From: an uncultured Collinsella sp.
GTDB lineage: Bacteria; Actinomycetota; Coriobacteriia; Coriobacteriales; Coriobacteriaceae
Direction of reading: 5' to 3'
DNA: 64,000 nucleotides
Assembly (NCBI GenBank): GCA_958371715.1
Contig: CATXLW010000008.1
Span: forward strand, 16,678-80,677
Shown here in pieces: positions 8,328 through 18,600 of this stretch (the first letter of the stretch is position 1; every line of letters begins with the position of its first letter). Position numbers and translations under genes: made by a program. The notes under the pieces were generated by a model, which saw only the letters and a program-made list of their open reading frames with translations, ran no database searches and was not told the DNA's origin.

Positions 8328-11210
8328 CTAAATAAACACGTCGACGAGGATGGGCATAAGGTTGAGCAGGCCAAACACCAGCGCCACGCCCCAGCCGAGC
8401 TTAAAGCAGCTGCGCCAGGTGCTGCGTGCGAAGGTGTTGTCGATCAGCACCTCGACAAAATACGTCGCGGCCATCACGACCAGGGCTACGACCCAGCTCA
8501 CCGGGTTGTCCCAAACAAAGAACATGCCCACCCACATCAAAAACAGAACGGTCTCACACCAGTGCATAAGGGTCATCTTGGCCAGCGTGCCGCCGCTCAT
8601 CTCGGTGGCGACGCCTTGGACAATCTCCTGATGCGCGTGATGCGAGTACGAAAGGTCGAACGGCGACTTGCGTAGCTTGATGGTGAGCACCGCAAGCAGC
8701 GCCAAGAAAATGGGCGCGCTGTACACGATGATGGGGGCTGACCGCCCCGTCACGGCAATGGAATCGAAGCTATCGGTGGCAAGGTACAGGCCCACGCTCA
8801 TCAGCAGAACGGCGGGCTCGTAGCTCATGACCTGCAGCAACTCGCGGTCGGCACCGACCTGGGCAAACGGGCTTTGCGTCGAGGCGGACGCCAGCACCAC
8901 AAAGATCGCGGCGAGCGTAACCATAAAAGCGCACAGCAGCGTGTTGGAGCCCGACACAAAGATGCCGCCGCCCACGACGGTAAAGATGAGCGCGCACGCC
9001 ATATAGGTATCGTCCATGGTGTTTACGCTGGCAGGGGCCTTGCGCAGCAGCTTGGCAACGTCGTAGAAGGGCTGCAGCAGGCGCGGGCCCACGCGGCCCT
9101 GCATGCGAGCCGAAAGTTTGCGGTCGATGCCGTCGATCAAGCCGCCCGCAAGCGGCGCCAGCAAGGCAAACGCCACGGTGCCAATAAAGATGCCCACGAC
9201 GCCCGAACCTTCGAAATACTTGCCGCGCAGCACCGAGGGCGCGCTCATGGCAAGCCGCTCGGGCCCAATCCATGCGCAACACAGCAGCGCAAACAAGATA
9301 ATGCTGCAGCATACGACGCTACCCGCGGGGCCAATACGCTTCTCGCCAAGGGCGTCCTCCGAGTACCAATTGCGCTTTTCGGCCTTCACCTCGTGTCCCA
9401 TCGAGCCGCGGAAATGGCGATATTTGTCGGTTCCCACGCCCGAAAGGTACACGTTGACGTGCGGTTTGTTGCTCACGCGGAATGACGTCAGCAGCACCAC
9501 GGCGATAAAAGCCACGATAACCACCATCAGATACATGGCGTCCTTGCCAATAACGTACGGCACGCGGCCAAACACCATGGCCAAGTAAGGCGACACCAGA
9601 CCGCTCGAGATAACCGGAAACGCCACGCAGCACAGAATCAGCAGCGCGGCGATGGTGTTGAGGGCCATCCATTCGGTCTTATGGACATTGACCTCAACGT
9701 TTTGAGCCGTGGGGTCGACGCCCGAAAGCTTGGCAAGCCACTTGCCCCAGAAGTAAAACGTCGCGGCCGAGCCAAAGGCAAGCACCATGATCATGAGCAC
9801 GTTGCCGGTCTGCGCAAACGCCACCAGGGCGCCCCACTTGGACACGAGCATGCCAAACGGCGCCACAAACATGCCCATAATGCCCAGCATCATCAGACGC
9901 GTCAGGTGCGGCATGCGGCTGAACATGCCGTCCATGTCCTCGATATTGCGGCTGCCGATATGATGCTCGGCCGTGCCCACGCACAGGAACAGCAGCGACT
10001 TGGCCACCGTGTGGAACAAGATCAGGAAGATGGCCGCCCATACGGCCTCGGGCGCGCCGACACCCAAGCAGGCACTGATGAGGCCCAAGTTGGAAATGGT
10101 GGAGTACGCGAGCACGCGTTTGGCGTTGCTCTGCGAGATGGCCATGAGTGCAGCGAGCAAAAACGTGATGGCACCCACACTCGTGACCATAAAGCCGGTC
10201 ACGGGGTAGATGGCATAGAGTGGGCTCAGCTTGACCATCAGGAACACGCCGGCTTTGACCATGGTTGACGAGTGCAGCAGGGCGCTCGTGGGAGTGGGTG
10301 CAACCATGGCACCCAACAGCCAAGTGTGGAACGGCATCTGTGCGGCCTTGGTGAGCGCGGCGAGCGACAACAGGATGACCGGCATCACCAGCAGCGCGGA
10401 CTGCGCGGTTCCGGTGCCGGAAAGCTCGATCATGCCCGAGATGGTCAGCGGCATGCCGTTAACGTGCAGATACATAAGTCCGGCCAAAAACGCGATGCCG
10501 CCCAGCATGTTGAGGATGATTTGGGTAAAGGCGTTCTTGATGGCCTCGGGCGTACGCGTGTAGCCAATCATAAGGAACGAACACACGGTGGTGATTTCCC
10601 AGCCGCAGAACAGCCACTCAAGGTTGTCGCTCGTCACGATGACGAACATGGCCGAGAGGAACAGGAACATGAGCGCCAGGAACTGCGGGCGACGGTCGGG
10701 CGCGGTCTGCCCGCGCAGCGCGGCCTCGTGCTCGTCATGGGCCTGGAAGTCCTTCATGTAGCCCAGGGCATACAAGCAGATTAGACTGCCAACGATGCCG
10801 ACGGCGAGGACCATGATCACGCTCATGTAGTCCAGGTAGAGTGGCGTTGCCGTGACGGCTTCGGCCGCGGGCAGCGTCATGGCTGCAAAGGCGAGCGAGC
10901 CCACCAGCTGGACTATGCCGAGCACCGTGGTGAGCGCGTTCCTATATTTGTACGCGTTATACAGGATGACAGCGCACAGGATGACGTCGATAACGGAACT
11001 GATGATCGAGAGCACATGCGAGGTGCCGGGGGCAACCTCAAAGCTCTGCGGACCCGTGCCAAAAAACATGACGGCGACTACAACTGTCACCGCCATAATA
11101 ATGCCGGAGCCTATGAGCCCCGCCGCATCGCGGGCGCGGTCACCGCGCGCGAGCAGCATGCCCAGCGCCGGTACCAGCGGAAACAGGGTAAGGAAATACA
11201 GTAGCGTCAT
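8328..11210 (-). CDS. Fused membrane subunit: NuoL/EchA-like antiporter module (about aa 1-640) + NuoH/EchB-like module (about aa 650-960)
   Basis: 960 aa and polytopic throughout. The C-terminal part carries the NuoH/HycD hallmark GLIDGIDRKLSARMQGRVGPRLLQPFYDVAKLLRK. GGGGGAG RBS 7 nt upstream of the ATG. First gene of the operon. Confidence 0.8.
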   Translation of the reverse strand: MTLLYFLTLFPLVPALGMLLARGDRARDAAGLIGSGIIMAVTVVVAVMFFGTGPQSFEVAPGTSHVLSIISSVIDVILCAVILYNAYKYRNALTTVLGIVQLVGSLAFAAMTLPAAEAVTATPLYLDYMSVIMVLAVGIVGSLICLYALGYMKDFQAHDEHEAALRGQTAPDRRPQFLALMFLFLSAMFVIVTSDNLEWLFCGWEITTVCSFLMIGYTRTPEAIKNAFTQIILNMLGGIAFLAGLMYLHVNGMPLTISGMIELSGTGTAQSALLVMPVILLSLAALTKAAQMPFHTWLLGAMVAPTPTSALLHSSTMVKAGVFLMVKLSPLYAIYPVTGFMVTSVGAITFLLAALMAISQSNAKRVLAYSTISNLGLISACLGVGAPEAVWAAIFLILFHTVAKSLLFLCVGTAEHHIGSRNIEDMDGMFSRMPHLTRLMMLGIMGMFVAPFGMLVSKWGALVAFAQTGNVLMIMVLAFGSAATFYFWGKWLAKLSGVDPTAQNVEVNVHKTEWMALNTIAALLILCCVAFPVISSGLVSPYLAMVFGRVPYVIGKDAMYLMVVIVAFIAVVLLTSFRVSNKPHVNVYLSGVGTDKYRHFRGSMGHEVKAEKRNWYSEDALGEKRIGPAGSVVCCSIILFALLCCAWIGPERLAMSAPSVLRGKYFEGSGVVGIFIGTVAFALLAPLAGGLIDGIDRKLSARMQGRVGPRLLQPFYDVAKLLRKAPASVNTMDDTYMACALIFTVVGGGIFVSGSNTLLCAFMVTLAAIFVVLASASTQSPFAQVGADRELLQVMSYEPAVLLMSVGLYLATDSFDSIAVTGRSAPIIVYSAPIFLALLAVLTIKLRKSPFDLSYSHHAHQEIVQGVATEMSGGTLAKMTLMHWCETVLFLMWVGMFFVWDNPVSWVVALVVMAATYFVEVLIDNTFARSTWRSCFKLGWGVALVFGLLNLMPILVDVFI

Positions 11211-11458
11211 ACCATCACTCCCCCATGCTAAAACGCTGCAATTGTTTAACGTTATAGCTCAATTGAGGAGTAGCGGCGGCGGGTTTTCGGTCAACTGGGG
11301 AGTTTTAGGCGTACGGGGTAAGGGCACGCCCGCATTGGAACAGAGGGGCGACACTCCCCCTATCGCAGCGACGGGCGCGCGGGCCACTGTGCGCGGTTTA
11401 TTAACCACTTTGGAGAATGTTCCAGTAGGCTCGCGGCGGTCCAAAAAGTTGGCGCGGC

Positions 11459-11486
11459 AAGAAAAATGCGCCCCCGTGGGCGCACC
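11459..11486 (-). terminator. Rho-independent terminator after the HTH gene
   Basis: The reverse strand reads GTGCGCCCACGGGGGCGCAT followed by TTTTCTT, 10 nt past the stop at 11497. Confidence 0.6.
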
Positions 11487-11496
11487 ATCCCGTTCG

Positions 11497-11901
11497 CTAT
11501 TCCGCCTTTTTAACGCGCGGCTTGCGACCGCGCGGCTTATCGATAAGCGCGTCGGCGCCGCCATCGCGATACTGACGACACCAAGCCTTGACCGAAGACT
11601 CGCTGGGAATCTTGTGCTTGATCATGGCCTCGCGAACCGTCAGGCCGTTTTCCAGGCGATCCTTTACCACGGCGAGCTTGACGTCGTACGAATAGGTGTG
11701 ATGACGAGCGCCCGCGTTGAGCACGGCATCGGCACCGCCCACGGCATATGCGCGAGCCCACTGACGAGCCGTGGCCTGGGGAATGCCGAGCTCCGCAGCG
11801 AGGGCGCGATGACCGACCCCCTCTTGGAGGACCTCGACGGCGCGCTGCCTAACCTCGGGCGCATGCGTGCGAGTCCTTGTTGCTTCTGACATACCTGCCA
11901 C
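11497..11901 (-). CDS. Orphan IS3-OrfA-like protein with two tandem helix-turn-helix units (no transposase catalytic ORF nearby)
   Basis: Two repeated HTH segments (GHRALAAELGIPQATARQWARAYAVGGADAV and TVREAMIKHKIPSESSVKAWCRQYRDGGADAL), ending in DKPRGRKP as IS3/IS481 OrfA proteins typically do. No DDE ORF is visible downstream in any frame. Confidence 0.6.
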   Translation of the reverse strand: MAGMSEATRTRTHAPEVRQRAVEVLQEGVGHRALAAELGIPQATARQWARAYAVGGADAVLNAGARHHTYSYDVKLAVVKDRLENGLTVREAMIKHKIPSESSVKAWCRQYRDGGADALIDKPRGRKPRVKKAE

Positions 11902-12164
11902 TTCTTAGCCTTAACCGTTAATCTGCTTTCTTACGTGCATGTTAGATAGTAGCATTTTGCTGTTTGCACGTAACAGTTAATTGAAAATCGCAATTTCGCT
12001 ATCTGGGGCTTTAGAGCAATTTGCGGATATTTTTTAGCATTTATTTACGCTGGTAGTTAGCTCGCAGCCGACCGACGGTGTTTTACCAACCAGATTGGTA
12101 TCTTTTGTTTAGCTGGTATGGCTTGTGCAATTATTAACTCCTCGTCAACCCGCGCCTAACATGT

Positions 12165-12270
12165 CAGCTTTCCACTTACTTTCCAGCTTTCCACCTAACT
12201 TTCCACTTAACTTTTCAGCTTTCCACCCTAGGTGTTAAGTTAAGTGGAAAGTTGGAAAGCTTGGTGGAGG
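12165..12270. repeat. Cluster of AGCTTTCCAC / ACTTTCCAC boxes (4 direct copies, then an inverted pair)
   Basis: CAGCTTTCCACTTACTTTCCAGCTTTCCACCTAACTTTCCACTTAACTTTTCAGCTTTCCACCCTAGGTGTTAAGTTAAGTGGAAAGTTGGAAAGCTTGGTGGAGG. The right part is the reverse complement of the left, giving an imperfect long palindrome centred near 12230. Confidence 0.75.
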
Positions 12271-12305
12271 GGTCGGGAGAGCTAAAACACCTTTCTCCAA
12301 CGACG

Positions 12306-12512
12306 GCTGGGCAGTTAGTTCAGATACGTATTTTTCTATGCTGATAAAGCCGCGCTATGGTCCCCGGAGAGGGTTCTTTGGCGACTCATTGCACGCAAAT
12401 CGAGCCCAGATAGCTACCGAACCCTAGTTTTGAGCCCCTTTCTTCCCCAAAACGAGCGCCGGATGCGCCTGCTGCGGTCTGGAATTATACGTATCTGAAC
12501 TAACTGTCCAGC
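12306..12512. repeat. 26-bp inverted repeats (25/26 match) flanking a 155-bp segment; inverton-like or MITE-like
   Basis: Left GCTGGGCAGTTAGTTCAGATACGTAT (12306-12331). The reverse complement of the right arm is GCTGGACAGTTAGTTCAGATACGTAT (12487-12512). Confidence 0.7.
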
Positions 12513-12540
12513 GGAGTCCAAGACTGGGATCGCGCAGACT

Positions 12541-12575
12541 AGAAAAGGGGCGGTAACCGGGTGGTTGCCGCCCCC
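12541..12575 (-). terminator. Rho-independent terminator of the giant-gene operon
   Basis: The reverse strand reads GGGGCGGCAACC-ACCC-GGTTACCGCCCC followed by TTTTCT, about 25 nt after the stop codon at 12601-12603. Confidence 0.8.
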
Positions 12576-12600
12576 TTTGCGAAGCTAGTCGGCTTCGGAA

Positions 12601-15600
12601 CTAGTGATCGATGCCGTTGAGGTTCACCCTCGTGAGCGTGTAGGTCGCATAGTCGGGCGACTGAGGCGTTGCGCTCATCGCCCCACCTGTGACCAGGCTC
12701 GCCGTCATCACCAGGCGATAGTTCGCGTAGAACTGTCTGGGCTCAACCTGCGTGTTGACCTGAACGGTAAAGGGCAGGTTAAACGTGGTGTCGCCGTTCT
12801 GTGTTCGGAACTTGCCATTCTCCTTCGTCGAGTCAGTAAAGGTGATCGCATTGCCAGCGGCGTTGGCCACGGCAAGCTTACTCTCTGTAACTTTTACGTA
12901 GTTGGAAATGCCATCCGTTACGTCCTCATACGAGCCATCGATCCCGTTGCGGCGTTTCAGCGTGAGCGTGTACACAACTGAATCAGCATCCTTGATTGCC
13001 TCGATGGCGTTGTTAAGCCCGCCCAGCTCATACGTGGCACCCAGGCCAATCGTGCCATTCGCAATCGGGCGCAGGTCATCAACGTTTATGCCAAGCTGCG
13101 ACTTCTTCGGCGCCGAAAGTGCAATGGTCGCATCGCCCTTGTCCATGCGATAGTACCCGACGTTGCCGCGCTCCGTCTGCGTCAGGCTCGAGGTATTAAG
13201 GCCTTCCTTACGCGTCGAAAGCTTGGCGGTATAGGACATCTTGGTACAGGCGTCCTCGCCAGACTGCTTGGACAGGGAGATAACCTTGTTGCAGCCGTCC
13301 GGCGTAAGGCGAATCTCTTCCACTACCGTACGCACGGTAAAGGATCCGCCCGCTGCACGCTTGCGGATTCCGGCAAGGTCATGGTCGAGCGTGAGCCTCA
13401 GTGAGTCATCACCCGTATCCGTCACAATCTGTGTAAACGCAGGCGTCGAAGCGTCATACGGCTCCCAATCGCTGCCACTCCACCTGTAGTTCTGATTGCC
13501 GATGGCAACATAGAACTTCGCAATTGCCGAAGTTCCGCTCGGGAAACTGCTTACTCCCATTAGGTTGTTGTTGGCGCCATAGCGACACAGCGATGTATCG
13601 AGCTGATAGAACAGATGGTCGCTCTCTGTATAGTATTGGCTCGGGCTAAACGTAACCGTATCCATGACATCGAGAGAAAGAACGTAGGCGGCACCGTCCT
13701 CCGACTTCGAAACCGGAATGCACGCCCCATCTTTTTTGTCGACTACATTCTGCTCATAATTGGACAAGATGCTGTATGTCGATGCCGTACTGTTTTGAAT
13801 ATCGTCGCTGCCATCGGTGCGTAAAACATGATGCAGATTCCAAGATATGCGGCCACCCGAAGAATTCGAGTCAATAGACGAAGCCGTAAAACCGTTGATA
13901 CTAGCTTGCGTCACGCCGTCGCCCGACTTGGGCACGTTGACAACTAGGTAGACGCTCTCCGATGCACGCTTCTCTCTGCCGGTATCCTTCTCCTTGGGTA
14001 CCTTTAGCGTATAGCGACTGTTGCTGGGAACGTCAGCACCCGCAACCTTAAACAGCGTCCACTTGCCATCGAGTTTCGCTTTAGCGGTCTCCTCTGCCTC
14101 GTTATCACACACGGTCCATGTGCCGGCGCCATCCTGTGCGGCCCGCACACCCAAGATCTCGCTCAGCCATCGCTCCTGATATGGATTGCCCGCAGAATCC
14201 TTAAAGCCGTCGTTTCCGCTCAGGGAAACGCTCGTTGCTCCGCCTTCGCCCACCGTATAGTGATACTCTCTGCCACCGGCCTTGCCATCAACGTTCGCAT
14301 CGATGAGCGTAAGCTGGGTGCCCTGGGGCAACCTTCCGTCGGCACCATTGAAGAGGATACTCTTGCCGAGCCCCTTCATCGAGCCGCCAGCAGCCATATA
14401 GCTGTCCCAGCCAAAGTCGACTTCCTTCCCATTGGCAGAATTGTATGTCCAGGTAAGCAGACCCGTCATCGGCTCGCCAAAGCTCGTAAGCACGTGTGCA
14501 TCTTTTCCAAGGTTAGCGTAGTCTTTTTCTTTAAATTGAGTGCCGTAATCATACGTTGCAGTGAAATCGATCTCGAGCTTGCGCTTAACGATGATCGGCA
14601 CCTGAACGTTGTAGCTCTGACCCGCCTCGGTAAAGGTAACGGTCAGGAGCGTAAAGCGACCTTTGCCGTTGTCCCAATCGGAGCTTGGGCTAAACGACAT
14701 ATTGTTCTTGCCATTGTTCACTACGCGAAGCGTGGGATTGTTCGACGCGTCACCGTCTTTAACGAACACACCGTCCTTGAGTTGGAAAACCTCTGCTTTG
14801 GCCGTCACGTGCGGATTGGTGCCATTCTCGTTATTCAATCTGCAGGCATCGGAGAAGCCGCCGTTCGTGACGATGTTTAGATAGCTCTTGACCGTCGTGT
14901 TGTCGTTGCCAGAGATCACCAAAACGGGGAAATCCGCTGTGGCTTGGTTGCTGCTTGTATCATTATTCGAATTGAACTTACTGGCCACGGATGAGGCATC
15001 GTAGCTCGACTTATTTTGATAGGCGCCGTTGTCATTAATGCCGCCGATATTCGTGTAGGTGTAGCGATCGGCAACACCGGTGCCTGCCTCGCTCTGGACG
15101 GTCGCCGCGGTGTCGATGGTGGCGCCGTCGCCAAACAGGTAGCGATCGGTGGTGTCGTTGTCGGAGGCACGCGCCGCCAGCGTGCTTACGGGGCTCGTGG
15201 TCACATACGGGCTCGCTGCCGTGGTGGCGGTATTGTCCGCGCCGTAGAGCGTGATCCCCTTGTCAGGTGCTTCCAGTGTGTCGTTATAGTCACCAAACGC
15301 GATATACGACTTCATGTTTACGGCGGCCGCATTGGTCGTGTAAACCATCGGCGGCAGATCACGCGTGGTCTTGCCGTTGCCGAGCTTTACGTTCACGCCC
15401 GCTGCGGAGAGGCTATAGCCGTTTGTGTCAACCTCGCCTAAGAGCACGCCCTGCTTAGAGCCCAATTTGTAGGTATTGCTGTCCATGAGCACGTTTACCA
15501 GATGGAACTGGCCGCGTCCGTCGCCCGCAATGCCGCCGTTGGAGGTTCCGCCAAACGTTGTGTTAGATACCTTTGTGTTGGTGACGTTGATGACGTCGGC

Positions 15601-18600
15601 ACCGCTGTTAATCGCGCCAAGTAGACCGCCGCTCCACCTGCCCTTGATCGTGGCGCTCTCAATCGCGATATTGTTGCAGGCTATGTTCACATTGCTGAAG
15701 TAGTAGCCGATAAGTCCGCCCGAGCATTGGTCGGTGCCGGCAATGTTGATATTCTCGACGCTACAGTCCTCAAACCAGTACGTGTTGGGGCTGCCACTGC
15801 TCGTGACCTCGCCAATCAAGCCGCCCGCATTACGGATGCTATTGTTCGTTCCGGTGGCATCGCCGATGATGGCGCTCTTGGCATCGCCTCCGGCATCAAT
15901 GCGCACGTTGCTTATAGAAATAACGCCTCTATAGGCGCTTCCGACCACACCGCCGGCGCCCATGTACTTATCGGTGTTCGACCCGGTGGCGAGTACATTT
16001 ACCCCAGAGATGACTGCCGTGCTCGATGCGACGGCTTCCGTGATGCCAATTTTGGTGTTCACCGATACGTTACTGGAGGTATAACCGAACACGCCGCCCA
16101 CGTAGGGTGTTGTTCCCGTGGCGGTTATGGTCGAGTTTTTGCCAATAGTCTTCTCGTATACCCCTGTGGCCGCGGTTGTCCACACGCCGCACGGCGAGGC
16201 GATCGCACCCACATAGCCACCGACCTTCTTCTCGCCCGTGACGTTAAGGCCGGTGTATGAGCAGTCACAGAGATTCGCGGGCGCCTGCGTGCCGGAGCCG
16301 AAATTGACCATATAGGTCACGTCGTTATCCGTCCTTCGGCTGGTACGGCCCGAGCTGCCAAGAAGCCCTCCTACGCTCTTTGCGCCCAACACGGTGCAGT
16401 TCTTCATCTGTACGTTGCGGTAGACGCCACGCGTGTTGCCGTCGTAGTTGGCCGTTGCGCCCGCCAAAAGGCCGGTGCCGATGAGGTCGTTCGATGCCGG
16501 TCCCGAGGCAATGCTACCGTTGGCGTCTTTGTACGTGAGCGATACGTTGCAGTTACTAAAGGTGAGGTCTTTGACCTGAGCGCCGTCATTCGCGGTGACG
16601 CTCTGCCCCACATTGGTTGAGGTGAACATCACGGTGCTGAATAGGCCGCCCACGCCCGAGACCTTATAGTCGTCATCGGCATATTCGACGACGCCGTAAG
16701 TGGCATCTTTGGTGCCCACCGTGATGGTGGCCCCGTTGCCGTCGATCGTTGCCACGTGCGGCGTGATGCGGTCGCGATCGGTGGACGCCTCGTTCGAGCT
16801 GCAAGCATTGGAATAGTAACGGCCGCTGAGACCCACGTATCCCGTGCCGTAGCCAGTCATATCATAGGTGGCATTTTCCTTGAACTCCAGGCTCATGCCG
16901 ATCGATTTCGACGCGCACACGTAGCCCGTTTGGTAGTCGGCAGCGTAGGACGCCACCAGGTAGGGCGAATTTACATCGTCATCATGGTTGAGCGGGCCGT
17001 GCCACCCCTGTTTGCCCGGGGCCTTCTGGTCATCGTTTTTGGCGGTTTCGAAATCGCCGGAAGCGCTCGCAGGCTTGCCCACGCAGTCGTAGCTGGCATT
17101 TCGCACCTTACCATATTCCTTGTTGCCAAACAGGTAGCCGTTTATCGCCGGGTTCTGCTTATCGCTGCCCCAGTACGCCTTGGAGCCGCGGAACACGCCA
17201 TAATTAGCGTAGTCAGTATGTGCCGCTCCAGCACCCGCACCCGAGCTAATGATGGCCGAGAGCACCAAAAGGCCCTGGGCGTTTTCCACCGTGGTCACGG
17301 GTGCCTCGGCATCAGTGCCGATATACTTGTTGTCGGTGCCCGTGGTAGTGACGCAGGCAGCTCCCTTGTTTGTGAGCTCGTTGATCTTGTAGTTAGCGTT
17401 ACCGTTTTCGACTTTGCAGCCCTCGCTAAAGGCATAGCCATCAATCACACGACCAACGTAGGGATTGTCGTACTGCCGGAAGTTGCCCGTTCCAAGACCC
17501 TGAGACTTGTCGCTGGTTCCAGCGCGCCAAGACGTCCCTGACATATTGCGGAAGATCACACCGCCGCCCGCAATGGCACCAACGTAACCGCCGATGGGAA
17601 CAAGATGTGGCTTAGTTCCGCCACCAGCAACCGTAAAGCCGGTTGTGGAGTTATCGGGCGTTGTCCCATTCACGGCCACACCGTCGATAATGTTATCGCC
17701 GCCAAGGATGCAGCCGATAACGCCACCGAAGAACGACGTCGGAACACCGTCGGCATCCTTGGCAGAATAAGTAATAGTCGCCGACGCGTTCACATAGCGA
17801 ATATTCAGATCGCGCACCACGCTGCCGTAACTATAGGGAATAAGGCCGCGAAGCGAACCCTCGTTATTCTCTATCTTGATGGTTGCCTTTTTATCACCTT
17901 TAGGGTTGCCAACGATGACGCCACGGAACGGGTTGGCTTTGTTGCCAAAACCGCCAAACGATGCGCCGTCAAGGGTGATCGTATTACCCCCGGTAGGTTC
18001 AATACTGTAGTACGCGCTTTGGATATAGCGGTGCATCATCTCGTCGGAAAGTGTGGCCGAAGGATCAGTGGTGTCGCCGGTCTTCTTTTCCCACTTCTTC
18101 CCAGTGTCTTTCGCCTGCTTATAGACGTACGTAACCTCATTGTCGGTTTTATTGTCGCTGCGGCGAGTACAGAGCGTACTCTGGTTGACGGCAATGGTGA
18201 CCTCCCAACCGTCGAGCGCAGTTTGGTTGTTGATGTAGTTGGCGATGGCGTTCATCTCAGTCGCGTCCTTAACGGCATACGGATCGCCATATGTGCCGCA
18301 TCCCTCTACCAGCTTTGGAATGCGCTGGTTGACTTTAATTTCATGATATTGGACGCCGCTCTCGGTGGCCTTTCCCTTATAAACATAAGGAAGATAGCCA
18401 CCAAACCAAGGCCTGACGTCACCGTCCTTCTTACCATCAACCGTCACATAGCCGCTCACGGCACCATACGTCGCTTCGTCGTAATACCAAAGCTGCTTGC
18501 CCGGGTACTCCGTACTTCCATCAATCTCAGATCCGTATGTCACCTTGCCTGCATCGGCATCGGCATCGGCCTTAGTAAAGGTGTAGTCCGCAGAGCCCGT

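Noticed and set aside
11497-12600. Complete IS3-family insertion sequence
   Set aside because: Only the OrfA-like HTH gene is present. No DDE transposase frame, no frameshift motif, and no matching terminal inverted repeats bracket the gene.
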